Source of the DNA: the human T2T-CHM13v2.0 reference genome, Homo sapiens | Reading direction: 5' to 3' (one strand) | Assembly (NCBI RefSeq): GCF_009914755.1 | Contig: NC_060938.1 | DNA length: 64,000 bases | Part shown: in pieces, positions 15,640 through 33,238 of the stretch | Numbering within the stretch: the stretch's first letter is position 1 | Layout: each line of letters begins with the position of its first letter | Made by a program: the position numbers and the translations under genes | Notes under the pieces: model-generated | Databases searched by the model: none | What the model saw: the letters and a program-made list of their open reading frames with translations, nothing else | Told to the model about the DNA's origin: nothing

Positions 15640-16500
15640 GAACAGCTTGACAGAATACGGAATGAAATAAACATCTACCTATAATCCTATAGCCAACAAA
15701 AATATCTTTCAAAAAAGAAGGTGAAGTGAAGAGCCTTAAACGCATATGAAATTGAAAAAAGTATATATTTTCAGAAGATTTTCAGAAGAAATTGAAAAAA
15801 GTATATATTTTCAGAAGATACAAAATTAAAGGAAATCCTTCAGGTAGAAAGAAAATGATTTCAGATGGAAATACAGATCTTCACAAAGGAATAAGGAGAA
15901 CTGGCAGTAGTAACTAAGAGGGTAAGTTTATTATCTTTATTACTTAAATAGGTAAATTTATAAACAGATAATTCACATTTAAACAAAGTGGTATTAATGT
16001 AGTGTTGGTCTGATTATATCTGTAGAAGTAAAATGTATGACAATAGCACCAAGGCCATGAGGGGAAAACAGAAGTATACTATTGTATGATTCTCATAGTT
16101 AAAGTGATATTATTAGATGGTAGAACTGATAAGTTAAATATATGTACTATAATCCATAAAGCAGTCACTAAAATAACAAATATACACACAAACTTTATAA
16201 CTAATACATCAATAATGGAGATAAAATAAAAGCATTTTTTAAAGTTCAAAAGAAAGAAGAAGTGAAAAATAGGACAAAGAATAGATAGGAAAAATAATAA
16301 AGAGAAAAATAATAGATTAAAATACAAACATAATAGTAATCACATTAAACTTAAATTGCCTAAACACCTCAATTAAAGGAAAATATTTTACTATCCACAA
16401 GCAAAGAGCAAATCAATAAGCCAAAATTCAAAATATAAGAACAGAAATAAGTTAAAAATAAAAGAATGAAAAAAAGATATATCATGCAAACAATAATCAA
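15640..16500 (+). mobile_element. Old L1M ORF1 end, inter-ORF region and ORF2 start
   Basis: ttaaaggaaatccttcaggtagaaagaaaatgat; aatcacattaaacttaaattgcctaaacacctcaattaaa (ITLN-GLN-PIK-like start of the endonuclease). Confidence 0.7.
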
Positions 16501-18128
16501 ATAATCTTGCTTTTTTTTCCCCAAGACTGAGATGTATTATGCACATCCCTCTACCCAAGACTAGTTATGAGTCTGTAGTATTAATGCTTACTGCATGTTA
16601 TAAAGTTTTTACTAATGCTTATCACAAAATCAATTAATTGTTTAATATCTTTCTTTCCTCCTAGGTTATGAACTCCTTGACAATGTAGACCCTAGCTCTG
16701 TTGTTCATTATTGTAATTCCATTACTTAATGCAGAGTCGTATTAGGTGAAAGAATGAGAAAAAAAAACATAAAATGGTAAACTCCAAATTAACTCATCCT
16801 ACTATCTACATATACATCTTTTGGTTAGGGCATATTACACATGGCTGAATAAACAGAACTATGAAATGAATTGCTGAATTTACTCTGATAATGTAGTTAA
16901 TTATGAAAGAGTGGGCTCTTTCTGAGCTCTCACAGGGAAAACCTCTTGGCTATCAATCTTAGTTATAGATGTTCTCCTGAATTACTGAGCTTTTATCATA
17001 AGGACTTCAAAGCTTATCATGTTTATTATCACATAAATTTTACTGTGTTTTCCTCTTTGTTTTGGTTAAAGCTTAAAAATAAAATAGTGAGCTACAATGA
17101 AAAAACGTACTTTTTTTTCTGGTGTGCATTTTGGGTACTAACCTTATTCCCAGCTTCATCTTATTTATTCTTGTTAATTTATCATGCTTTCTAGATTTCT
17201 GTACCCACTTACTTTAGTTTTATGTATGACTTATAAGCCACTTCTGAATTAGTGTTATAGAATTAGTCTTTCTACATAAGAATAAATAAAATAGAAAATC
17301 AATGACGAAATGATCATACAGAGGTCTCTTTTGTAATGCCTTAAAATTGTGTTGTAAGGATGTTGTGATGAAACATTAACAAGAAAAATAGTTCCAAGAA
17401 GAACAGATGATGAGAACAATCACTAACCCTACCCAGATGAGGTCAGTATCGCTTCCCCATTATTTTTAAACTGCTATTAAAGACTAAACATAGATAACTA
17501 GTGAAGAGAAAATTCAGAGAGATCTAATTTAATTCAGTTTACAGAGCTGACACAGAGACACAGAGCTCTGATTTATAGGAAAAAAAATTAAATGAATGGG
17601 CACGGGGTAATGTTATTATTATTTTTTTAGTTCACATATTTTAAGATGTAGGCCAAAGATGTTGAAGCAAGTCTACTATTTTTTTCAATAAGTAATCTTT
17701 CCCAATAACAATATTTTCAGATAAAATATTAGTCTGAAAAAAGTACTGAGATGATGAAAATTTTTTTAAGAATTTTGAATAAATCAAGGAAGCTTCAGGC
17801 TCTGCTTATCCTTATAAAAACATAGTGCAAGTTATCAAGGTGCCATTGCTAAAAGCTGAAATACAAATTGGCTTCATGATACTTCTTTTCTATAGCAGAA
17901 ACTATCCCATGATATTATTAATTTTTAATGGGTGAATTATCTTACGTAATTCATCACCTTTCTAATATTGCTACTATTTAACATCCTTCAAAATGTTGAA
18001 ATTAAAGATTAGAATGGAATGCTCATTATTAACACTTAAGATAAAAAATAACAGCGTTAGACTGAAATTGCTTTTCCAAGCATGTTCTGATTTCTTCAAA
18101 TTCATATTTTCTTTATTAAAAAGTCTCG

Positions 18129-18439
<311 letters not shown>

Positions 18440-18559
18440 TCATATACAAAATAATATAAAAGTTCTTCACAAAGCTCATAAAAATTCTTATCGTTAATTA
18501 TCTCATACTCAAATATTGTTGATAACCTAATAGCAGAAAGGAGCTGCTCTAAGTCTTGG

Positions 18560-18960
18560 GTATAAGGAAGTGAACAAATCAGACCAAAATTTTCTTGTCT
18601 TCACAAATTTACCTTTTACTGAATCTACCTTTTACAGACAGTAAAAATATATATATAGGTAAATCATGTTATTTAATTTATTGATAATTGACAGAGAGAA
18701 AAGTAAAGTAGGGAAGTAGCATAAGACACCTATCCTTGAGGGGCATGTGGGGAATTGGAGATGAAAGGCTTCCCTGTGAAGTGGACATTTGAGCAGAAAC
18801 TTGAGTGAGAGAATCCTATGGGTGTCTGGGAGAAACACATTTCAGTAAAGGTAATAGTAACTGCAAAGACCCCAAGACAGGACTAGGCCTGCTTTCTTTG
18901 ACTAACAGCTAAAGGCAAATATGGTTTGGAGTAGTGAGCTAAGGGGAAAGTCATTTAGAT
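18560..18960 (-). mobile_element. L2 fragment
   Basis: ggcttccctgtgaagtggacatttgagcagaaacttga...aactgcaaagaccccaagacagg is typical antisense L2 sequence. Confidence 0.7.
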
Positions 18961-20359
18961 ATGATGAGATTGGTTAGAATTATTCCTGTCATATTCCAGC
19001 ACATGATTATGTTGTAATTGGAGTTTTTATTTCAACAAATTGGGATACTAGACACTTTGACTTGTTCATATTTTCCTATACCAGCCTTATCCAGAAACAT
19101 ACAATTATTTAAGGCAAATTTTCTAGTATTGAATATTGATGTCAGAATTAATCTCAGTATTTCTTTAAAAGTTAACGCTTTGAATAGAAGATACCAACAT
19201 TGCTCACTCTAGTTGATTATATGAATTCTCTAGATAATGCTGACTGTTAGCCAATGAGGGTTTGGAGAACATGGGGATTGGGAGAGCAGAATGTTGAAAA
19301 AATACTCCAGACCCTAGGTAGGGTAACCTGTGGTTGAGCCTATGAGTTCAGTGTAATGAATTGAGTAATAATAACATTTACTTCATTGGAACATTAGTCC
19401 TAAGAGCTAAATCACAATTCTATAGGTTTAGAATAGCTTGTCTGCATTCACTATAACCTTTGTAGAGACTGTTGCCTAACAAAAAAGATAACACTGAAGA
19501 GTCCGTATGTGCAATTTATCAAAAATATACTTAATACCAATTCTATATTTACTTATTCAATGATGCTTTTCTAACATACATTTTATTTTCTATATATTTG
19601 ACGTGATGATTAAATGAATAAGAATTATGCAACAACTGCAACTAGCAACATAACATCTCCCTTTTCTGAAATCATGCTAAGAAACCTTACAAAGAAAACA
19701 CTGGTTAAATAGTTACTTTATCTATTGGTAGGGGAGATATATTTTTCTATTTATTTATTGGCCTCTAGAAGATATATTATCACAAACAAAATAAAATGAA
19801 ATAGTATTTGGAAAATGTATATATATTTTATCCTCTAGAATTGTGCTAATATGGAGGTGGAAATAGAAAGGAACAAAAAGATAAGATCATTTATTATTAG
19901 TGAAATATTATCCGAAGTATTTAATAGAGGCAGAATATATATCCTGTTATAATCCCCAGGAACCTTTGCTACAGCAGGTTGATTTTGAACCTGGTTTGAG
20001 ATATGAAAGTGTTTGAAAATAATACTTGAAAAGGTAAAGAATATTGATCATTCAATGATAAATGAAATTAAAAACTAAGAACCATACCAAAGGACCATAC
20101 ACACATTTTTGGGCTGAGTGTGTTCTGCAGAATTAGAGGATCATCAAGATGGAGAAGCGATTTATAAGCTATATTCAAAGTGAATTATTCAGAGAATAAA
20201 TTCAAATATGAAAGTAAATTATTCTATTAACTTACTGTCTTTAGTTAAGTGATTATATTTTTAGTAGCCTAATTACTACTGAGGCATGTGAGTAGTGATT
20301 GGTTGTTAAAAAGTTAAATTTAATTTCAGTTGATTCCAAGTCTGCCTTTCCAGTTTTTC

Positions 20360-20681
<322 letters not shown>

Positions 20682-21852
20682 TAGATTTTTGAGCATATTT
20701 CTTCTCAAACATAAAGCATATGCATGTATGACTAGCACATCACCATTTGTCTGTATTCTTTTGAAATATCTGGTGCTGGACAGGTTATTTCTAAATTGTT
20801 ATATTTGTTCTGCCAGTCATGTGCACTTTGTGTTAGTTCTTCCATCGGTTTGGCCATTTTGTTCCTCAGCCACAGCTAAAATCTGCCAATTTAAAACACA
20901 CTTACTGTGTGTACAAAAAAAAAAGTATATAATTCCTTTAACTCATTTACAGCAAAACAGGAAAATATTGCCTGAAATTAGCAAATGCAGAATAATCCTA
21001 ACTTTAATGAAAACAAGGAAGCTGATAGCCGCTATCCAAGAAATGTCCTGCTTTTAAAGGTAAGTGAGCCCTATGGAATAAATGCTGCCAATTGTGAAAT
21101 CTTCAAAATTAAGCTGCAGATTTAGTCTGTGAATTCAAAGTTGGTATTTATTAAGCCAGTAGAGCTGAGGCAAGAAAACCAAGATCTGAGAAGCAATCAT
21201 TTCTTATGATAAAAATGTATAGGAGTTATGAGTTAGAAGATTATCATAAGAATCTGTTACTTTCTAAACTAGGAACAGATGACCTTTTGGTTACATTCAA
21301 CATCTCTAATCGGTAAAGTAAGCTGTTAATGGTCCATATGTTTTTTACTGGAATCTCAAAATCAGTTAAATAGAGTTTTTATAAGATTCATTTCAGCCTA
21401 AAAAAGCATGCAAAGAATATCTAATCACTTCAGTCTCTCTCCTAATTAAGGATCAATAGTCTACATAACGTGACTGTCTTCCTCTCTTTGGGGATTTAAG
21501 TGACACCTCTTGCTGAACTTCAGAAGCAACAGCTATGGGAAGCTTGCTTTTTTTTTTTTAACAGTGGATCCATTCATTTTCCAAAGCCCTTAGTGAGCAC
21601 ATAATAGAGGATGTGTATGCAGCAAAGATGAAAGAAACTCAAATTTTTAAGCATATACTCTGGGCTACTCTCCATTTCAGATACCTTACATCATCTACAA
21701 TTCTTACAACAAGGCTTTATGTATATATTCTCACTCTCAGTGTATAGATGGGAAAAGAAGTGAGTCTATGCCTACATACTCAGTAAATAAAAAAGCTTGG
21801 ATGCAAATATGTGCTCTTTTTCTACACAATAGTGCCCCTTCTCTCCACAATC

Positions 21853-21920
21853 AGTATGATGGTCAATTGACTTGATGGGGCTAAGGAATATCCAGATAGC
21901 TGGTAAAACATTATTTATAA
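21853..21920 (+). mobile_element. MLT2 LTR 5' fragment
   Basis: tatgatggt...gctaaggaatatccagatagctggtaaaacattattt. Confidence 0.55.
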
Positions 21921-21929
21921 AATAAAACA

Positions 21930-22560
21930 GAAGGAAATCACTCAAAATTCCAATACACTGCTGTGAGATTATTGGTACCACAATAAAATACTACCAGTAT
22001 CTACTGAAGCTGAGTATATGTATATGCTCTGATCCTGCAATACATATTTGGTTATATATCCTAGAGAAATGAGTGCATATTCACCAAAGACATGTGTAAG
22101 TGTGTCCAGAGAAACTTTATTCATAACAGCTATAACTAGAAAAATTAAAAAGAAATTTACCTTAATAAAAGAATGGATAAATAACTGTGCCATATTAACA
22201 TAACAGAATTCTACACATCACTGGGAATGAGCTATCTACAACTACAGAATGCAGAAAATAGATGACTCTCAGAAACATAATTTTGAACTTAAAAAGTCAG
22301 ACACAGAAAAGCATATGCTCATTAGCATATATATATAGAAAACAAAAACAGGCAAAACTAACTGTTAGAAATTAGAAAAGATGCAGAGAGTTGCAGTTAC
22401 TGGATGGGAGCCTGAGATGTGTTTTTTGGGGAGCTGGTATTGCTTGGCTTCGTGATGAGAACATGTTACATGAATGGATTGTGAAAATTTATAAATCACT
22501 TATGATATACGAACTCTCCTGTATGTATATTTTTGTTTAGTAAAATGCTTAAAAATATCA
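21930..22560 (+). mobile_element. L1ME-type 3' end
   Basis: atatatcctagagaaatgagtgcatattcaccaaagacatg...gaatggataaataactgtg...aaaacaggcaaaactaa. Confidence 0.7.
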
Positions 22561-22929
22561 ACTATCAGCTAAAATCTGCATAATACTAGCATGGCAGATT
22601 CAGAGAGTGAAAAGATTAGGTGGGAACAAGTATAGATGCTTATCCTGTTTGAGAGGAGTCCATAGATATTAATAAAGTCAAGATCCTGACAGGAATAAGT
22701 AAACATAAATGCGTAATTTTAAATTAAGGGTAAACAATACAAGAATGCAAATAGAATGTTTATCTTTTAAATATAGCACAAGAAAATTGTATTTGTCTAA
22801 TAGAAATTATAGGTAAAGAATGAAAAAGAAAAAAGAAATTCTATTTATTAACTTCGTATCCTCCAATATTATCATATCTAAATGTTACATCTTATAGTTT
22901 AAAAAATATTTTTGGTTGATCATTAAAAT

Positions 22930-24260
22930 TTTTTACAGACATTATGTAGTCTTCGAGTATACACAACTGGACATTCTTTCTAGTATATTTATAATTTTTG
23001 TTTGTTTTGTTTTACTTCATGAGCTGGGATCTTTAGTACAATGTTGACAGAGGTAGTTAAAGTATACATTCCTGTCTTGTCCCCAATCGGAGAGATAAAT
23101 TAGTCAGTCCTTTACCATGAGATATATAGTTTTATATAGCTATCTGGTTTTCGATCATCATCAGTTGAGGAAGTTTTCTTCCATTCTTACCTTGTTGAAT
23201 GTTTTTATTATGAAAGGGTATTGTGCTCCTCTTTTATTCTATTATGGTGATTATTAATAGATTTATTTTCAAATGTTAAACTAATCCTGCATTCATAGGA
23301 TAAACCACACTTGGTTGAGATATATTAATGTTTTTATATGTCATTAGTTGCTGTTATTTTGTTGAAGATATTTACATCTATGTCATGACAAATATATATT
23401 CACATTTTTTCTTCAATAAAGGTTGTGAGATACGTGGTATGATGGTTATTTATGGCTCATAAAATCTAATTAGAAGCATGAATTTCACCTTTTTAAAAAA
23501 ATGAATAAATGTTTGACTGGTAAAGTTTCTGTCTTAAAGATTTATAGAATTTATTGTTAAAACTGTCTAAAACCAGAGTTTTCTTCATTAAATATATTCT
23601 TTTTAATTTCTTGAGTTAGTTTGGTCAATTACTTTTTATAAGGGATGTATTCATTTAATCTCAGTTATATTTCAGGTAGTAAAGTTATTCAAGATACTCC
23701 ATTTGTAGCCTTCAAAATTTGTATTTCCTCCTTTTCATAATATCCCCCCTCTCTTTCCTGATATTTTTGCTTTTATTTTTCTTTTATTAATTGTGTTTAG
23801 AGTTTTAGACATATTATTAATATTTTCAAAGAATAAACCTCTGGCCTTTTTACTGTTGTCTATGTCTGTTTATTACATTGATTTATAGCTTAATCTTCAC
23901 TGTTTTCATGCTCATACTTATTTTGAAATTAACTTGTTCTTTTTTTCTAGCTTCTTAATGTGATAATTTAAATGATTTATTTTTACCATTTCTTCTTTTA
24001 TAATGTAGGCTTTTAAACTATGAATTTTTTCATTAAACACCGTCAGCAGTATCCCACAAATGTTGATAAGCTGTGTTTCCATTATCTTTCAGTTTGAGTA
24101 TTTTATTTCCTTTGTGGTTTTGTTTTTGATTGAGTTATTTGATAGTGTAGTTAATTTCTAAATATTTAAGAATTTTCTGAATATCTTCACTTTTTGATTT
24201 CCAATTTACTTTTGGTAAACACACATAGAAAACATACTCTAAGATTTTAGTCTTAAGATA
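22930..24260 (-). mobile_element. Old L1M ORF2, left half (host of the L1PA4 insertion)
   Basis: ttgaggaagttttcttccattc, ggataaaccacacttggttg, cagcagtatcccacaaatgttgataagctgtg. Confidence 0.75.
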
Positions 24261-24263
24261 CAC

Positions 24264-25154
24264 GAGTTGAGAGAAGAAGGCTTCAGACGATCAAACTACT
24301 CCGAGCTAAAGGAGGAAGTTCGAACCCATGGCAAAGAAGTTAAAAACCTTGAAAAAAAATTAGACGAATGGCTAACTAGAATAATCAATGGAGAGAAGTC
24401 CTTAAAGGACCTGATGGAGCTGAAAACCAAGGCATGAGAACTACATGATGAATGCACAAGCCTCAGTAGCTGATTCAATCAAATGGAAGAAAGGGTATCA
24501 GTGATGGAAGATGAAATGAATGAAATGAAGTGAGAAGAGAAGTTTAGAGAAAAAAGAATAAAGAAACGAACAAAGCCTCCAAGAAATATGGGACTATGTA
24601 AAAAGACCAAATCTATGTCTGATTGGTGTACCAGAAAGTGACGGGGAGAATGGTACCAAGTTGGAAAACACTCTGCAGGATATTATCCAGAACTTCCCCA
24701 ATCTAGCAAGGCAGGCCAACATTCAAATTCAGGAAATACAGAGAATGCCACAAAGATACTCCTCCAGAAGAGAAACTCCAAGACACATAATTGTCAGATT
24801 CACCAAAGTTGAAATGGAGGAAAAAATGTTAAGGGCAGCCAGAGAGAAAGGTCGGGTTACCCACAAAGGGAAGCCCATCAGACTAACAGCTGATCTCTCG
24901 GCAGAAACTCTACAAGCCAGAAGAGAGTGGGGGCCAATATTCAACATTCTTAAAGAAAAGAAGTTTCAACCCAGAATTTCATATCCAGCCAAACTAAGCT
25001 TCATAAGTGAAGAAGAAATAAAATCCTTTACAGAAAAGCAAATGCTGAGAGAATCTGACAAAACCAGGCCTGCCCTAAAAGAGCTCCTGAAGGAAGCACT
25101 ATACATGGAAAGGAACAACCGGTACCAGCCACTGCAAAAACTGCCAAATTGTAA
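24264..25154 (+). pseudogene. L1 ORF1p remnant (disrupted)
   Basis: Translation ENTLQDIIQ-NFPNLARQANIQIQEIQR...REKG...ARREW...YPAKLSF. N-terminus absent, in-frame TGA stops and indels. Confidence 0.95.
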
Positions 25155-25217
25155 AGACCATCGAGGCTAGGAAGAAACTGTATCAACTAACGAGCAAAAT
25201 AACCAGCTAACATCATA

Positions 25218-29048
<3,831 letters not shown>

Positions 29049-29641
29049 ACAATGAGAACACATGGACACAGGAAGGGGAACATCACACACTGGACCTGTT
29101 GTGGGGTGGGGGGATGGGGGAGGGATAGCATTTGGAGATATACCTAATGTTAAATGACGAGTTACTGGGTTCAGCATACCAACATGGCACATGTATATAT
29201 ACGTAACTAACCCGCACGTTGTGCACAGGTACCCTAAAACTTAAAGTTTAATAAAAAAAAAGATACACCAAAATATATTTTATATATTTTGATGAATGTT
29301 TCATATGCCTTTGAGGGAATGTGAATTTTCTATCATTGGGTTGGGTGTAATATTTTAAAAATATCATTGAGGTTCAATGGTAGAGCTATATTACACTTGA
29401 TTTTTTGTCCATTGCTTTATCTGAGAGAAGGTAGTTAAAATGATAGAGAGGACCCCCAATTACGTTCTCAGATTGTCTGTTTCTTTTTTCAATTCTATCA
29501 ATTTGTGCTTTATGAATTTTGAAATTCTTATTAGAGGTATGCATAATATTGAAATACCTTTATGATGAATTACTCCAACTAGCATTACTTTTACATTTTT
29601 GGTCTTGAAATCTATTTTCTCTGATACTAATATTGTCACAC

Positions 29642-29666
29642 CAGGTGTGAGCCACCATGCTCAGCC
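29642..29666 (-). mobile_element. 25-bp Alu 5'-end remnant
   Basis: caggtgtgagccaccatgctcagcc is the reverse complement of Alu positions 1-25. Confidence 0.65.
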
Positions 29667-30305
29667 TACTTTTCATATTTTCTTGAAGATTCAGGCTTCT
29701 ATCTGATAATACTTTCTTTAAGTCTGAAGAAACTCCTTTAGCATTATTGTAGAGTAGGCACACTGGTGAATAATTCCTCCAGCTTTTAAATAAAAAGAAA
29801 ATATGTTTACTTGAGCCAGATTTTTGAGTGATACTTTTGCTAAATATGTTTCAACTTTCAGCAAATTGAATATATCTTTTTATTGTCTTCTACTCTGTTT
29901 CTGGTAAGAAATTAATACTTATCTTTTTATTCCTTTATATTTATTTTCTGTCCTCTTTTGAGTTTTTCTGTGTTTTTTTCTTTTGCTTTTATGGTATGAC
30001 TTTATATATTCTGCTTTGAGTGTGCTGCACTTCTAGTATATATACGTTAATGTTTTTCATTAAATTTGAGAAATGTTTAGCCATTTTTCTTGCCTTATTC
30101 TCACTCACTTACCCTTCTTAACCTTCAATTTCATGTATGCTGGACCATTTGATATTATTCTGCAGCTATCCGAGATTCTTTTCCTTCAATCTTTGTTCTT
30201 TCTGTTCTTCAGATTGGAAAATTTCTGTTGATCTGTCCTCCAGTTCACTGACTTTCTATCCCTATCTTCAACTGGATGTTAAGGTCATCTTGGAATTTAT
30301 ACGTA

Positions 30306-30577
30306 TTTGTTTGTTTGTTTGTTTAGAGACAGAATCTCACTCTCTTGCCCAGGCTGGAGTGCAGTGGCACGATCTCAGTTCACTACAACCTCCACCTCCT
30401 GGAGGTTCAAGCGATTCTCCTGCCTCAGCCTCCCAAGTAGCTGGGACTATAGGCAGTCGCCACCATGCCTGGCTAATTTTTATATTTTTAGTAGAGACAG
30501 GGTTTCACCATGTTGGGATGGGCCCACCTCAGCCTCCCAAAGTGTGGAATTACAGGTGTGAGCCACTGCACCTGGCC
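30306..30577 (-). mobile_element. AluS with (TTTG)n tail and ~30-bp deletion in the left monomer
   Basis: caccatgttgggatgggcccacctcagcctcccaaag lacks the usual ccaggctggtctcgaactcctgacctc segment. Confidence 0.9.
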
Positions 30578-32255
30578 AGGTATTTATTTTTCATAGTTGT
30601 AGTTTTCAATTTTAGAAACTCTATTTTTTGTAGTTTTTATTTATCTTGTGAAAAATCTACATCTGTTCACTAATTAAGCTCATGTTTTTCTTCAATCCTT
30701 GAAAATTCTTTTAGTTCTTTACTATAACACCAGTTTAATGTCTGTGGCTGCAAAATCCATTAGTGTATGGTTTCTATTGATGGCCTTTTCCCTGGACTAT
30801 TCACATTTTCTTGTTTCTTTGAATGTCTAGAAAATTGTTATTATATGCTGATCATTGTGATAACATTTCTGAGATGATAGATATTGCTAGTATTCTGAAA
30901 TATTTATTTTTGTTATTGTGGGCAATTCAATTATTGGATAGCCTTGAACTTGTGTAAAACTAACTTTACACGTGTTGTGGTAGAGCTGAGAAAAGTCCAA
31001 ATTGTTTCCTGAGTTCCTCTAAGTTACTAGAACTCATATAAGCTCTCAATTCTGTCTCTTCTCAGGATCTCCTTAGGATTTAACTTAGGCTTTGTTAGGG
31101 TGGGCCAACCGCTGGCCTTAATTTAGAGTGAGACAATTTCTTCTAAGGTTCAGGCTATGTAATATAAGCTGGATGCCAGGGTTGTTACTGGGGTGTTACC
31201 AAAGCCTCTCTATTCTGGCTTGTCCAGAGCTCCCATTACCACTAGCAATGCTTGACTTCTAGTGTATCTGCCCTTCTCTCATATCCATGGTGGCCAATCT
31301 CTCTTGGCTGACCAATCCACAACCAACAACTCATGGGGATCCCTGACACTAACTTCTGTCCCGTTCAGTACACAATTCTCTGATTTCTAGTGTCCTACAC
31401 TACTAATTCCAGTGACTTCAGATAATTTGGAGAGTGAAAACAAGTCTACACACTCAAGTAGCCCAGAAGTCCCATTCAGTAATATTTATCCTAGAGATAC
31501 TTTTGCACATGCCATAGGGTCCAGAATATTCATTACAACAGTATTTGTTAGGGTGAGATGATAGAGACTACCTAGATGCCTCGTCACTGAGGGATTCTGA
31601 ATAAGTGAAAGGTGAAGGGGGCATAATATGAAATATTATAAATGAATCAGAATGTATTAAACAGTTTTACATGCAGAAATTTACATAGATCATTCAAAAA
31701 TAAGGCAAAACATCACAGTAGTTTTTATGGTCAAATAATATGCCATGGACAGAGGAAAATAACTCTAGTCCCTGGCATTGGTAGAATCCTTTGAGACAAA
31801 GCAAAAGAGTACTATAGGGCCCCTTAATTTAATTACAATAATTTTCCCAAAGTTACTTTGCACTTTTTACTTTGTCATCAACCTTCACCAGGCTATGAAT
31901 GTGAAGGGGATTCCAGATGACAATTATTTGGTTTATATGTATTTATGAACAGGGATATTTACATGAAAGGTCAGCTACGTTATGCCATGCTAACAAAAAA
32001 TCTGCAAACTGCAGTTCCTTTAAAAATCAAAGGCTTATTTCACCTGTGGCATTCATGATACGTAATTCAAACGGGTTGACAAGAGGAATGCAGATGGTCT
32101 AAAGGGAAATATTGTTACAAATAGCACTACAATTACCACATTATTTTCTGTTTTGGATGTATATTTAAGTGGCTTACTTAATATAACTATGTTAAATCTA
32201 CAAAAAGTTTCTTCATGGACCACTTCTAGGAAAGATATGTAAAAGTACTACTAGA

Positions 32256-32390
32256 ACAGTATTTTCTAAGTTGGACTATGCTCCAGAATTACTTAGCTTC
32301 ATATAGATTTACGGGTCTACATACGGATCCTCTGAAACACAATCACTTCAGTGTGGGCCTGGGAGCTTGTTTTTTAATTAACATGTTCTA
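32256..32390. mobile_element. MER5-like DNA transposon fragment
   Basis: cagtattttctaagttggactatgctccagaattac...gtgggcctgggagcttgtttttt. Confidence 0.45.
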
Positions 32391-32598
32391 TTATTAAATA
32401 CTAGGGATGCTCACTACAGAGCTCTACACTTGGGTACCTGGAGCTTGGCTTCTTGAATAAAGCCTTAGTCACAAAGTGTTGTCTTTCTTAAAAAATACCG
32501 AAACAAAGAAACAAACAAATAGATTTTAGATAATAGCAGAACTTATAAGAAACTTTCTCTATGCCAGAATTTTGGATAGAAAATAACCAGTTGAGTAT

Positions 32599-33238
32599 CT
32601 TTCTGAACCTGGCTGAACAGAAGGTGCCATCTTGTAAGTCAACATCTACCACAAGGATAGAAAGGTTCCACTCAAGGAGCCCAAGAGCCAGGACATCTAC
32701 CTAAGGCTGTTGGTCAGGCTGTACAGGTTTATGGCCAGAGAAACCAACTCCACATTTAACAAAGTTGTGCTGAAGAGGCTGTTTATGGGTTGCACCAAAT
32801 GGCTACCTCTATTGCTTTCCTGGATGATCCAGCAGATGAAACTTTCTGACTGGGAAAACAAAACTACTGTGGTTTTGGGGACCATAATGGACGATGTGTG
32901 GGTTCAGGAGGTGCCCAAATTGCAGGTGTGTGTGCTCTGTGGTTGAGTAGCTGGCCCACAACTGCATCCTAAAGGCTGGAGGCAAAACACTCACTTTGCT
33001 CCAGCTGGGCCTGGATTTTCAAGGGCCATCACACCGTTCTGCTCTCTGGCTGTTGCAAGCACCAAGCACACCTGCATTTCCACAAGGCCTGGATAACCCT
33101 TCAAAGCCACACCAAACCTAACCTGCTCCAACGGCCAGAAGTTCTAACACTCCAGAGGCCCAGGGGGTAGCCTCAGCTACAAAAATTAACCCGAGATCCT
33201 ACTCTCTATCAAAAAGATTTTGGATCATGGAAAAAAAA
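32599..33238 (+). pseudogene. RPL18P: Processed pseudogene of 60S ribosomal protein L18 (eL18)
   Basis: Translates to [38 protein letters not shown]...[26 protein letters not shown] and ends ...YKN* (33189), matching RPL18. Intronless, retains a 5'UTR-like ctttctgaacctggctgaacagaaggtgccatc, ATG changed to TTG followed by TAA (32632-32637), short poly-A at 33231-33238. The specific pseudogene number is not determined. Confidence 0.95.

Larger units (their letters stand above)
29270..31400 (-). mobile_element. Old L1M, right half (ORF2 start, ORF1, 5' region)
   Basis: Continues the element left of the L1PA4: gaatgtttcatatgcctttgag, ttgaaatctattttctctgatactaat, ttctgttcttcagattgg...ctccagttcactgac. 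Confidence 0.7.

Noticed and set aside
29101-29125. G-quadruplex-forming G-rich tract
   Set aside because: It is the standard polypurine tract of the L1PA 3' UTR and is not locus-specific.
30137-30673. 178-aa ORF
   Set aside because: It is antisense L1M ORF1 plus antisense Alu translation ([18 protein letters not shown]).
32710-32946. 78-aa ORF as a functional RPL18 paralogue
   Set aside because: It has a TTG start, the native start is destroyed, conserved arginines are lost and there are downstream frameshifts.
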